The notes under the pieces were generated by a model that saw only the letters and a list, made by a program, of their open reading frames with translations, was not told where the DNA came from and searched no databases. Of a DNA stretch of 61,450 nucleotides, positions 38,615-51,282 are shown piece after piece; the stretch's first letter is position 1, and the number at the start of each line of letters is the position of its first letter. This stretch comes from Octopus bimaculoides. Taxonomy: Eukaryota. A program made the position numbers and the translations under genes. The stretch lies in contig NC_068982.1 in the NCBI RefSeq assembly GCF_001194135.2, forward strand, positions 110,228,803 through 110,290,252, in the 5' to 3' direction.

Positions 38615-39041
38615 CTCTAGAATATTATTAAAAAAATAAACATTTAAAACCAACCAAAAACCATTTCTCACATAGAAAAGTAGTAAAGTAGTAACATGTG
38701 GACATTTTGGTGGGTGGCTGCCGATGACGTATCATTCACACTAGAAACAACTGATGCTTTCTATCACAGGTTTGGTGGTATCTTAATGATCAGATACGTA
38801 ATAGCTATCTCCTATAAAGATGTATTATTGTAGGTGGGATATAATTTATCAAACCCAAAGAAGCCATTCTTCCTGTTTATACTGCAGATATCTTCTACAT
38901 TATGGGATAAGTAACCATTCATAAATTTATACTGATAAGAAAAACTTTCATTGCAAAATTTCATGTGTGTTCTCTTCCTGACTGGAATTTTAGCTTTTAT
39001 TTTGATCAGTCACCGGTTTCGTGACAAGATTTTACATAAAA

Positions 39042-39655
39042 GGGTTTTTTTTGTTTTGTTTTGTTTTTTGTTGTCATCTTTCTCACAAGGATTTATCCTT
39101 TAAATTTTAGGGAAATCTTACAGATCTTTTATTACCCTAGATAGCACTATCGTCTAAAACGCATCGTTGTGCATTCTTTCTTCAGGAATCCAAGTTCAGT
39201 CATATTTTGATCCAGCAGAATTGGTATATATCTTAGCATTCCAATGATAATTAATATAAAATTCAAAGTGTATTTTGGCAACTAATTTTGCAGTTTTCTC
39301 ACCAATAGTCCATAGATATCTTCATTCTCCAATATTTTTCTAAGCTGATGTCAAGTATTCAACTGACAACTGACTTTTACAAGAGTATGCTGTATTTTGT
39401 GGCTCTGGACAACAGTTTTAGGTCCGTCGTGTTTTAATTTCGTTTTTCCTTCTTTAGATTTCAAGAATATTCATCTTTAATCGTTGTTATTTTTTTCCTT
39501 CTTGGTCTATTCCAGATTGATATAGCTACAACATTATATCTCATGGATGACTTTCTTTCCCAATTGGCAAAATATGGTTAATGTCTTCGATTTTGGCTTT
39601 GTGTGGCGTACATTTGCTGTCAGCTGGTAATTTTTGCCTTTTTTCATAATTATTA
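39042..39655 (-). mobile_element. REL-type non-LTR retrotransposon 3' fragment
   Basis: Minus strand KIEDINHI..MRYNVVA..EDIYGLLVRKLQ..FILIIIGMLRYIP..LGFLKKE..KICKISLKF*, then A/C-rich tail. Confidence 0.65.
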
Positions 39656-40269
39656 AGTGTGCAGTATGACTAAATAGTTAAGAACTTTGCATCGCAGCCA
39701 AAAGATATCGGGTTCGATCCCACTGCGTGGCATCTTAAGCAACAGTCATTTTCTAAAGTCTCATGTCAACCCGTACCATTTAGTGAAAGTAAATAGACGA
39801 GAGGTGTAAAGAAACTCGTCAGGTGGATTGTACAGCCTTCTGACACACGTCACGCTGATTCTGCCCAAGAATTACGTCAAGAGTACGTGTTATCTGAGGT
39901 ATGTTCAACCACTTTACATGCTCTTTCAGGAAGAGGTAATTATGTTGCCCAAACGACTCAAGTTTTATCCTCGAACGACGGGGGTCTAACACCATTGATA
40001 AGGATTGTTCTTGGATTGCATGGAGGTAATCTTCATGCACGCATGTATGTATGTATGTATGTATGTATGTATGTCTGCTTGTTTTTTATCTATCTTTATA
40101 TAGACACACATGTGTGTGGTGGGGTGTATCTTTATGTTTGTGCTTCTGATATATATACAGATATGTACGGGTCTATATTCATTCCAAGAAACTATCTGTT
40201 GTTTGCACCAAAGTATTGTTTATGATTGGAATCTTCTGCAAGTGTTCCTTATTTTTAAAAGTGAATATA

Positions 40270-40510
40270 TAACCTGGTCCTAGTGTGCTTTTAAAATCAC
40301 CGCCAAGTCAAATTCTGCCGACGGGTAGCATTGAAAACAATTTTCTGCAACGACATCACACAATAATACCTAGCAAAAATTTGGAGGGCACTGATGATCA
40401 TGTGGATGATATCATCCAGGCTGCCATGACACAAGCGACATTTTCTGTCATAGTGTGAAGGTTTAGGGACGTTCTTATCTTTTTCATTAACCATATAGTT
40501 ACCTCTCCTT
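40270..40510 (-). mobile_element. REL-type element zinc-knuckle fragment
   Basis: DRKCRLCHGSLDDIIHMIIS..ARYY..KIVFNA; same region type as 39500-39650. Confidence 0.55.
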
Positions 40511-40532
40511 CCAGAATGGTGAAAGTGTATAC

Positions 40533-40726
40533 CAGGCCTGGCCAACTCGAATTACATTGCGGGCCACTTTAATCACAAAATGTTTTTGCGGGCTTGTATA
40601 AGTTATGCAGGTTCCGGGTTCAGTCCCACTGCGTGGCACCTTGGGCGAGTGTCTTCTACTATAGCCTCGGGCCGACCAAAGCCTTGTGAGTGGATTTGGT
40701 AGACGGAAACTGAAAGAAGCCCGTCG

Positions 40727-40784
<58 letters not shown>

Positions 40785-41193
40785 TGTGTCTGTGTTTGTC
40801 CCTCAACATCGCTTGACAACCGATGGTGGTGTGTTTACGTCCCCGTAACTTAGCGGTTCGGCAAAAGAACCGATAGAATAAGCACTAGGCTTCCAAAGAA
40901 TAAGTCCTGGGGTCGATTTGCTCGACTAAAGGCGGTGCTCCAGCATGGCCGCAGTCAAATGACTGAAACAAGTAAAAGAGTAATCAAATTACAGAATCAA
41001 AAATTTTTCATACTTCTCGTTGTTTAAGATTATAAAATTGTAGGTTATTGCTTTATTGACACTTATAAATTTTTAATTTATTTTGAAACAAATGTTTTAT
41101 ACAAACAATTTTATTTTGAAATTAAACACAATACTTCAAGAAAGTATCAAGCGGACCGCATGCGGCCCGCGTTCCTCAGGTTGGCCAGCTTTG
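40533..41193 (+). mobile_element. hAT MITE interrupted by a family A SINE
   Basis: TIR CAGGCCTGGCCAAC / GTTGGCCAGCTTTG, 8-bp TSD GTGTATAC / GTTTATAC, subterminal GCGGCCCGC. Confidence 0.75.
40610..40982 (+). mobile_element. SINE family A, 5'-truncated
   Basis: Starts at GGTTCCGGGTTCAGTCCC; normal 3' tail. Confidence 0.9.
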
Positions 41194-42753
41194 GTTTATA
41201 CTCTTCAGTGGTATATGTATTAGACGTCCAAGAGAGGCTACTCTTCCTGTCAATATTTTCCATATCTTTCATGTCCAACTAAGATGAGAGCTTCCTTTCC
41301 ACGTTTCTGTTTAAATCGGTAGCTAAGTAAGTAGGTAGGTAGGTAGGTAGGTGCGTGCTCACGCGTGTAATTCTACGATCAGATTGTGCTTGCTCACATT
41401 GAATTTGTAAGACAGATATAACTTACAGATCTGTAATAAGTCTAATTTTTCTTTTTAAATATTCTTGCAAAATAGGCTTTTCTCAGAGATACTCTAACAA
41501 CTGAAATTGGCATCGAACTTTGTATTATTAGAACGATACTGAGTATGCAATACAAGTAAAGCAACTCTGTTTCTTTTCTTAAAGTTGTTTCCCCTGAAAA
41601 TGATATATATGTCATGATTCATGTTGAGTAAAAGGATGGTTGTATAGAGAATGGAAGCCATTGTAGATAGTGTTATCAACCGGGTTACTGTTGTCAAAAT
41701 TAATGGCTCCCAAATTCTTTATATGTTTAATGTTAGTAGCTGGTTATTATTATCGAAAAGGCTCGGTCCAAAAGTAATTACAATAAAAGGTCTCCATTGT
41801 GTTTTGCATTGCCCATACTTTTATATTTCTGCAGAACAGTGAAGGTCTTGGAACACTATCTAACCACTACGCTGTACTACCACATTACATGGTAACTAAG
41901 CATGGACATTCTAATTCTGTTAATGTCCCATCGAACCATATAACACAACAGTTCATTTAATTATTTTCTTTCTTACTTTACTTCTCATACTTCTAATACC
42001 TGCTAAATATTTGGTTCGCATATCTGACAGACATGTGGACAAAATATTAATATTGATTAATATTTAACATTATTGTAGACCTGGTAACTAACAGCACTCG
42101 GAAGAATCCTGTTTAAACTGATTAAGAAGTTGTTTACAAATCGTTTTCTCTGACGTAATTTCTCTTAATCTCACTCTATTATACAGTTCCACTCATTATT
42201 TCGTTACTCTACTCATGTTTCTTTGTGAATTTAAAACAAACAAAAAAAAATTAATTTTATACTATAACTTCGGAAACTCGATATCCGCAGTATGCTAAAA
42301 CTTATATACATTTCTTAGAATGTTAGAAACAGTTATTTGTGTAGGTAAAATTCATATACTACATTGATTATGTGACTTATATGAATTACCTGCACACTGG
42401 ACAGTTTCTAATGGTGCAACGTTTGTTATAGTGAGAAAACGTCTTAGCGACTGTCGGCAAGTATTTCATAAAAGGTATGCTACACACACACACACACACA
42501 CACACGAAATATCTAACAGAGAACATAATAAAAACCACACTTCACATGCGCTCAAAACGTCGGATTCTAAAAGATATATGTGATAGAAAAACTGAAGGAA
42601 AGTTCTAAAGCTAACATATTTAAAATAAAATGCATGCATTAATGTATGAGTTACTATCACTAAATTTATTACTATAGCTTTACTTACCAGAACATAATTA
42701 ATGATATTAGATGAAGTGAAAATAATAGTTATAGCTATGATTTTTACGCATAT

Positions 42754-42923
42754 AGGCGTAGGAGTGGCTGTGGTAAGTAGTTTGCTAACCAACCACATGG
42801 TTCCGGGTTCAGTCCCACTGCGTGGCACCTTGGGCAAGTGTCTTCTACTATAGCCTCGGGCCGACCAAAGCCTTGTGAGTGGATTTGGTAGACGGAAACT
42901 GAAAGAAGCCCGTCGTATATATG

Positions 42924-42979
<56 letters not shown>

Positions 42980-43173
42980 TACCCCCAACATCGCTTGACA
43001 ACCGATGCTAGTGTGTTTACGTCCCCGTAACATTAGCGGTTCAGCAAAAGAGACCGATAGAATAAGTACTAAACTTACAAAGAATAAGTTCTGGGGGTCG
43101 ATTTGCTCGACTAAAGGCGGTGCTCCAGCATGGCCACAGTCAAATGACTGAAACTAGTAAAAGAGTAAAAGAG
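42754..43173 (+). mobile_element. SINE family A, full length
   Basis: AGGCGTAGGAGTGG head to GTAAAAGAGTAAAAGAG tail. Confidence 0.9.
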
Positions 43174-43388
43174 ATATTAGAAATATACCACTAGGTATTT
43201 TGTGTTTGCATTGACAGGAGAGTATTAATGCGGATCTCTTGTTATGTACTGATTTCAGATGTGTACAACTGACACCACATTTTTTTCCGCCCAAATTTTA
43301 TGAGTAGTAAGGTCCTTTATTGGTTATTATTTTCTGGAAGAATTATGAGAGTTCTAATCAAATTAATATTTAATAATTTGAAAGTATT

Positions 43389-43514
43389 AATGCTGCCGAG
43401 GTCGACTTTTCCGTTCATACTTTCGAGATCGATAAAATAAGTACCAGTTGATCACTAGGGTCGATCATCCCCTCCCCCGAAATTACTAGCTTTGTGCCAA
43501 AATTTGACACCAAT
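43389..43514 (+). mobile_element. Family C SINE, 5'-truncated
   Basis: 13-bp TSD ATTTGAAAGTATT (43376-43388 / 43515-43527). Confidence 0.8.
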
Positions 43515-43627
43515 ATTTGAAAGTATTTAGATTCTAGAGCAGTCCACTTTTGAACAGGTAAGTGTTCGGTGAAACTTACAGAGATGTATAATCAGTGGTT
43601 ATTTAAATAAAGATTACCATTTATTAA

Positions 43628-43971
43628 GTGGAGGCGCAATGGCTCAGTGGTTAGGGCAGCGGACTCGCGGTCATAGCATCGCGGTTTCGATTCCCAGACC
43701 GTGCGTTGTGAGGCTCCGGTAGGGGATAGTGGTGAACCCTGCTGTACTCTTCCACCACAGCTTTCTCTCTTACTTCCTGTTTCTGTTGTGCCTGTAATTC
43801 AAAGGGTCAGCCTTGTCACACTGTGTCACGCTGAATCTCCCCGAGAACTACGTTAAGGGTACACGTGTCTGTGGAGTGCTCAGCTACTTGCACGTTAATT
43901 TCACGAGCAGGCTGTTCCATTGATCGGATCAACTGGAACTCTCGACGTCGTAAGCGACGGAGTGCCAACAC
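43628..43971 (+). mobile_element. SINE family B with internal deletion
   Basis: Lacks the GTGTTTATTGAGCGAAAA segment; TSD ACCATTTATTAA / ACCATTTATCAA. Confidence 0.9.
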
Positions 43972-44448
43972 ACCATTTATCAAAGCATTTTCTGTATAGG
44001 AAGCTCGGATTTTCAACTCTTCACTTTGACTATGTATTCAATATTTTGATATTGTGCAATTTGATAATGATTACGTAGTTATCAGTGTAACTGTCGCTTG
44101 TGCTTGTTCTTATTAAGAAGCTAGATGTGTATTTATAACGCTTTGCTAATCTATGCTAATTGGAGGAAGAAAGCGCCTTTCTATACAAATTTTAATATCC
44201 CTAAGGATTCATTTGATTTCCTAGTTCGTGTCTAATACAAATTCCGATTTAGTTGTAATACTCTGCTGCTTTCTTGAATGATGTCTCGAGTGAACAAGAG
44301 ATTTAGTCGGTTAATCCTTACATAATATACGTGTGACGAAACTCACTTCAGAATCTTGCTTCAAGAGTTGAGTATTACTTCCGTAGGAGTCTTTTCATTT
44401 CAAAAATCAAATTGAGTCGAAAGTATTCTGCTTTGTCTACCGTCCTCC

Positions 44449-44560
44449 CTACATACATACATACATACATACATACATACGTACGTACGTACGTACTTAC
44501 ATACATACATACATACATACATTCATACATACGTACATACGTACGTACGTACGTACGTAC

Positions 44561-44591
<31 letters not shown>

Positions 44592-44704
44592 CATACAAAC
44601 CTACCCTCCTACCTACTTACTTACCTACCTACCTTCCTACCTACTTACCTACCTATCTATCTATCTATCTGTTTATCTACTTACCTCTCTATCTATAAGA
44701 AACG

Positions 44705-44762
<58 letters not shown>

Positions 44763-44823
44763 TATAGAGAAAGAGGGGAGAAGGCGCGGAGGTGAAGAAG
44801 AAGAAGAAGAAGAAGAAGAAGAA
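44449..44823. repeat. Compound microsatellite (TACA, TACG, TACT, CTAC, CTAT, CG, CA, GAA)
   Basis: Directly visible. Confidence 0.95.
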
Positions 44824-44957
44824 GACGATTAGATAGTTATCTGCGTATCATACTAAATATATTATCACACCATAGAAAGCCTTCTTGTCACTATGATTTT
44901 TGCCTGAGGGAAAAACTCTTCGTAGATATATCATTGTTAAAAACACAATATATATCG

Positions 44958-45058
44958 AAGCAAAACGAATATCGTCTCAGTAGTGACTCGCATGAACGTT
45001 AAACGCGCTTCGCCTTTCTTGAAGCTTGTCAATAACGCGTGCCCATTCGTCACGAGCC
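44958..45058. repeat. Partial copy of the hairpin element at 45711
   Basis: Arm AAGCAAAACGA..TCGTC..AGTGAC..GAACGTTA matches; spacer matches in inverted orientation. Confidence 0.65.
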
Positions 45059-45353
45059 AGACCGAAATTTGTTCCTTGATATATAGGAAATTGGTAATAA
45101 CACATTCATTGATTGTGAAGAATGCTTGCTGGGCTGTAAAAAAAAACTGTGAGCGCAACTGAAACGGCATTAAGATAAAATAGCCAGATGTGTGTCATAC
45201 TACATGTATGTACAATGTAGAAAGGCCTATCCTTATGGTTTTTGTCCGAGAGAAAACTTCCTTGTAGATATATTATATTAAAAACATTGTTTTTTGTATA
45301 CATTCGCTGCTTTCTTCCAAGGAATCTAATGCTCTTAGCTTAGTTTTTCCTTG

Positions 45354-45540
45354 AGGCTGACCAGATTGGAGCAATATCGAGAATAACCAGCCGAAATTGC
45401 AAGGATAATCTGGATCTCGACTGAAGAGAGAAAACTCCGAATGACCTGTTTGTGTTTTCTTTGTGTTTTGTCCCTTTCTTGTATCGACTAACTATCTGGA
45501 TGTTTTGCGTCCTTGTCCCATTCTGTATTATTTATACATG
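45354..45540 (+). repeat. Dispersed repeat family G with decayed hammerhead-like motif
   Basis: Shares 5' part with 10766-10822; CTGAAGA-GAG-AAAA-CTC-CGAAT at 45421-45442. Confidence 0.45.
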
Positions 45541-45544
45541 CATA

Positions 45545-45702
45545 NNNNNNNNNNNNNNNNNNNNNNNNNNNNNNNNNNNNNNNNNNNNNNNNNNNNNNNN
45601 NNNNNNNNNNNNNNNNNNNNNNNNNNNNNNNNNNNNNNNNNNNNNNNNNNNNNNNNNNNNNNNNNNNNNNNNNNNNNNNNNNNNNNNNNNNNNNNNNNNN
45701 NN
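45545..45702. other. Assembly gap
   Basis: N run. Confidence 1.
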
Positions 45703-45710
45703 TATATATA

Positions 45711-45870
45711 TAAGCAAAACGAGCGTCGTCACGGCAGTGACACACGGGAACGTTAGACGTGTTTCGTTCAGGCATGTGACTAATGGGTACTCGTTGTCAA
45801 CAAGTTTCAAGGAAAGCGAACAAATCTAACGTTCCTACGGGTCATTGCTACGACGATGTCGTTTCGCTTA
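45711..45870. mobile_element. 160-bp imperfect palindrome, MITE-like
   Basis: Arms 45711-45766 and 45817-45870 are reverse complements (TAAGC.AAAC, GAACGTTAGA perfect cores) around a 50-bp spacer. Confidence 0.7.
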
Positions 45871-46243
45871 GATACATATTGTATTTTTAATGCAGCATGT
45901 CTATGAAGAAATTTTTTCACAGATATAAACAATAGCAGTAGCATATTTCATGGTGCATATACATTTAGTATGGTACACTGATAGCTATTTTAATTCAATG
46001 CTGTTTCAATTTCGTTTATCGAGCTATTTAAATAGTTGTTTACGCAAATGCTTTTGTCTAGCTAGGTTTCTAGTAACTACCATCAGAAGACTAGCCTCGT
46101 GAGATGTCAGCTTAGTTACAACCCAACCATCCAATAGGTTGTACTGCATTACGTTACCAATAGCACTCATGAGCCATTGACATTCATACATACATGTGTA
46201 TGCACATGTGTGTGCGTGTGTCTCTGTATATGTGTATGTGACC

Positions 46244-46280
<37 letters not shown>

Positions 46281-46335
46281 GCACCTTCAATTTTAATATT
46301 AAAAAAATCTATATCCTCTACATGTATATATGGAC

Positions 46336-46386
<51 letters not shown>

Positions 46387-46398
46387 TACACATGCACG

Positions 46399-46443
<45 letters not shown>

Positions 46444-48739
46444 GAAAAACAAAATGTTTAAGAGACCACTACTGTTGCTGCTGTGTTTTTGTCCATACAG
46501 ACAGACAGACACTCAGACAGACAGACATTCAGACAAACAGACAGATATTACAAGCTAATGAAACCCTTGCTGAGGTTGAGATGTCTTTGCCTTGGAGAAC
46601 GAACAACAAAGGGTATGGTGTGCAACAATGTGAATCCTTTGAGAAAATAACATACACTATTTAAGTTGAACCAGCAAGGGAGCCTTTGCGTCGTGATTGT
46701 GACGCTAAAAAACAGCAGCTAGATTTCCGTAAAATCATATGCTAATCTCATTTAAAAAACACTTTGGCTAATGTATTTCTGAAAATAATATAAGATGGTC
46801 ACGGTTAAAATTTCTTCCCACAGAGATCTGTTCATTCAGTTGCCTGGGTTTGAAGAACAACTGTCAACAAGACAAGTGAAGTCAAATATAGTAGCAGACT
46901 ATTTCACTGCCATTATATGATGAAATAAATTAGTACTGAAATTGTTATTTACATCCATCATCGAAATTACAACTCAATCTATTATCTTAATTATTTATTC
47001 AATTAGGTTTTATGTTTAACTTCGTACATTATGCAAATCACGCAAATGGATTTCCAGCTATTTCTTTCAACTTTTACAAATGTAACACACCTGTCACCCC
47101 TATCGATTTAGTGATTTAGTTCAAGGAGAAAGTATAAATAAGACTGCCAATCCCATAAATATCTACACGACATTTAAAGGTTGACTGTAAACATTAATAT
47201 CTTTCATCCCTTATTTTCTTTCACAAAGACCCATTTCCTTTTTTTCTGTATATGTTTGTATACGTTGAGGCGATTATGTGTCCGTGTTTTTTTGTTGTGC
47301 AAGTGTACTTATGTAGGTTTTCCTAGGCCACACCGTTTTCCTAAATATTTTAATACAATCAACGCACCTGAAATAAACATTCATTCTCTTTAATACTAAA
47401 CAAGAGAGAAGTGAGATGGGTTGGCAGTGTCACAATACCTTGCGGTATTTATGATAATTTCCTTTCCGTCCTACGTTCAAACTACACCTACAGACGACAA
47501 CCATGTCAGTAGAGGGGCAAAATATTTGTTCTATTGAAGAAGAAATCATATAAAAGCACTTCAAGTTTAAAAACAGCTTAAAGTGGCCCATTTAGAACAA
47601 GTAGAATCCTAATGGAATTGGCCCGTTTGTCTGACAAGAGCAAACAGTGTGGTGCTAGTGACTTCAGTGATTGTGCTCTTCACGAGCACAAGATATTCTA
47701 GTGATGTTGGTGCCCAACTCGGCAGATACTTGTGCGAGAACACCAACCTGAAGAAAGATACAGTGGTACCAAATGATAAGGCAGGCGTTAAGACACTTGA
47801 CAAACACAGCTGACGGAGCCGTTAGCTAGAGCAGTGTGTGAAAGGTGCCACTATAGAGCACTCCAAAAATTTTTGATTTTCTTGCAGGAAGGGTCAAGTT
47901 GTTAGCAAAGTGGCAGATAGTGAGTCTCTTAGCATTCTACCTATGTTTCATGACAGTGATGATGAATTTCAAAGCATATTGATAGACCTACTCCAATGTA
48001 GCCTCTGTTACAGAGATGGGCTCCTCTCTATCTCCACCTCCCCGTTTCATATTTCAAATATTCTTTTCTATATAAAAGAACATATGTACAGCATCATCGC
48101 CACCATCAGCAGTAAATAAATTCTATAATAATTTTAACTTTAAAAATATGGAAGGTTGGGTAAGAGATCCTCTTTTCCCTTTATATATTACTATCCTCCT
48201 AATTTACTCTATCTCTCCCTCGTTCGGTTCCAACAGACTTTATCAAGTTTCTAGAACAGTCTTACCAGAGATAAAGGGAAATAAGGCAAGGCCGAACTTT
48301 TGTAAAATTATTATTTGGTAGAATCGCTAAAGCGTTTTATGTCTACCTTCTGGTTTCATATCCCACCATGATCAAATTTGACTTTTATCCTTGAGAAGGT
48401 TGATAAAATAAATAAATGTCAACAGTATAATGTTTCCCCCACCAGCAAAAGAGTTTCTAGCTTTGCACTTACGTTAGAAACGGTTATTCAATTTTTTTAA
48501 ACTTTTGAGAGTAGGGAGGAAATTTTAAACAGAAACTATTCAATGCCATCACATTGTACATCATTATTTCTATTCTCTTGATATTTTTCGAGAAGACAAA
48601 TCCAATCCAAAAGTACGTCCTTTTCTTTCTAAAATACACATTTTTCCTGCCCTAAACAGTGCCTGAAATTTTAAGAAAAACTCTGCAATAGTCAACCCTA
48701 TCTTTGTTTTTTTCCTATGTACTACAACAGTGATGCACA

Positions 48740-48945
48740 ACTTTATTCAGAAGATGACCTACCGAGAAGACAAAAACCTGGAGCACTTGATGACAACCGG
48801 AAACCTGAAACAGAGAAAAAGACAAGAATGACAGTGCGAGAAGATAGCCGATGGCCTTACTAGCTGGCTTTAGAAAGACTGGCCCGATTACATGCTAAAT
48901 ATGTGGAGGAGCATGATCACCGACTGATGTATGACACATGAAGAG
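48740..48945 (+). mobile_element. RTE-type LINE 3' end fragment
   Basis: NLEHLMTTGNLKQRK..CEKIADGLTSWL..MWRSMITD, then purine-rich tail. Confidence 0.6.
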
Positions 48946-50110
48946 AGAGAAAGAGAAAAAAGAGAGAAAGAGAAAAAAAAGAGAAAGAAAGTGAAACAGA
49001 CAGCTAGAGAGAAGGACAGAGAGAGAAGAGAGGGGTCCACAAAATACATAAGGAAAACCTCATGGACCACCAAATATGAATTTACTTTTAATTGCATTAA
49101 GGAACACCGTGGGATATAAATATTTACAATTAAGAAACTAATCATGCATTATGTAAGTTTGCTTTCCATTAGTTTAGGTTTTAAACTGTCATATGTAAGT
49201 AAAATATTAGTAACTTCCTTGATCCCATGAAAGCTGCCGTGGACCGCCAAGACCATTGTACATCATTGTTATATCATAATTACAACAAGGATAGTATATT
49301 GAACGAATCCGTAAAGCTGCAGACTAAATATCTTATGCTCTTTAGTGTTTTGTTTCTTTATGCTCTCGAATCCAAATCCCGTTGTCGACTTTTCCTTTTC
49401 GTTCTTCAAGTTTTCATAAAATAAAAGCACTACTGCAGATCAGTTTTAACAGATTGTTCCCTTCCCCATGATTTCTGACTTTTAGTATTGGAAATAATTA
49501 TTACAATATTCTGATGACAAAATTTGCATTTTGAGTCCAAATTTCGTTGCGCTCAACTTTGCTGTCATTCTTCCGAGGTCAATAAAATAATGTAAAGCTA
49601 CAGAGGAAGATATAACCAATATTATGCCTGTGCTAGAAATGATGATTATTGTTAAGAGCAAGAAGTTGATAAACTAGGTTAAATGCATTATTGAATTATA
49701 TTTTATGTTCGTCTAATTTCTCGGATAAAATCCTTACCTCAATAAACTCTTCATTTCGTTTTCTGAGAATTAGTAAAATAGTACCAGTATCATAAGTGTA
49801 AGTATGGTTACTACGTAGTTTCGGGTTCAGTTCCAGAGCGCTACACCTTGGGCATGTGTTCTTTACCTTGAGTCGCCCAAAAGCTTTGTGAGGGAAATTT
49901 AATAGTCTGAAACTATGTGGAAGCCCACCAGAACAGATCCTCTTCTTTCGTGATATATTTAATCTGACGCCCAACTTAACACCACCATCTGGCTCGGGAC
50001 ACCATTAGTAAAGTCCACTGTGTTGCAAATATTCGGGTCAAGTGTTCGGTCAGAAGATAACTTTCTCCCGGCCTACCACTATTTTATGAAGCCCTTAAAA
50101 CAGTCTATGG

Positions 50111-50403
50111 CAGGGGTTTTCAAACTTTTTGACTTGCGGACCCCTTTATATTTCAGGCTTTACCTTAGGGACCCCCTTATAAACGCTTATGAAATTTATA
50201 CATAAATATTTGCTTAAAATAACATATTTTTGCATTTATTTATTTAACAGTATTTAACAAATAGGTTTATTGTCAATTAAAAGATTTCGATTAAAAAACA
50301 TATAAAATCAAATTGCCCATAAAAAGTATTTGCTGTCTACGGACCCCCTGTCTTGTCCTTGCGGACCCCCTGTGGTCCGCGGACCACAGTTTGAAAACCC
50401 CTG
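50111..50403 (+). mobile_element. hAT (Charlie-type) MITE, second copy
   Basis: Perfect 16-bp TIRs CAGGGGTTTTCAAACT; perfect 8-bp TSD GTCTATGG; near-identical to 38319 copy. Confidence 0.95.
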
Positions 50404-51282
50404 GTCTATGGTATTGACTTTCCTCTCTGAGTAAAAGATTTTTTTATAATCCCATCAGGTTTGGCTTAGCTTTTCATCCATTTGGTGCGGTGGTACAATG
50501 AAAACAGGTACCAATCAGGTACTAGAAAGATTTAATTGACAATACTCTCCCCTAGAAAAATGGTGATGAATGACTGAAATAGTAAAACCAGGGACCTACT
50601 ATGTGCATGGCTAAGATAGGTAGTGCCTATCTAGATTTAAACTATAAATATTATTAAATATAAAAAATGATTTCCAGTTCATTATAAAAATGCTAATTTG
50701 ATGCATGGAATGCAAATTGGTCTCTAAGAAAAATACTGGATAATTAATTCAGTTAAATGTCTAATATTGTAATCATAGACTAATTCTGAAATTTCGTCCA
50801 GTTCTTTTTTATGATAATTTAATTTTTATATTAACAGTTAATGCCATTATGATTGAGGTCAGAAAATAAGGATGAAAGACTTGAAAAAAGCGAAAATTAT
50901 GCATTTGTCATGTCGAGTTAGCCTGCATGAACAGCCATGATGACTCGTTAATTCTTTAATTTGTAAATGACTTTTAATGAACGGATTATAATGAAGTGTT
51001 GTCATTAGTTGTCACTAAAAATATAATGCCTTGCAGACACCGATCTGGATATGTTCAAACTGTACATCATCCACAAACATTTCGCAAGTTTAGAAAAACC
51101 TGCAATGATCACATGGAGTGGCTTTTCTCATCTGAACAATTTATAGAAAAAAAAACTCTAAAAAATATTTGCCTTCTTAACAAAATGAACATTTATGTTA
51201 TAGAGAATATCATTTGAGCAATAATATTCTCTATAAAATACATTTCAAATCCACAACTGACAACGATAAAAGGTGATATATA

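Noticed and set aside
7827-43700. tRNA-like heads as tRNA genes
   Set aside because: A and B boxes are present but they continue into SINE bodies with tails and TSDs; no complete cloverleaf.
47600-47860. GC-richer stretch with a ~65-codon open frame
   Set aside because: No recognisable motif in any frame and no clear splice pair; left unassigned.
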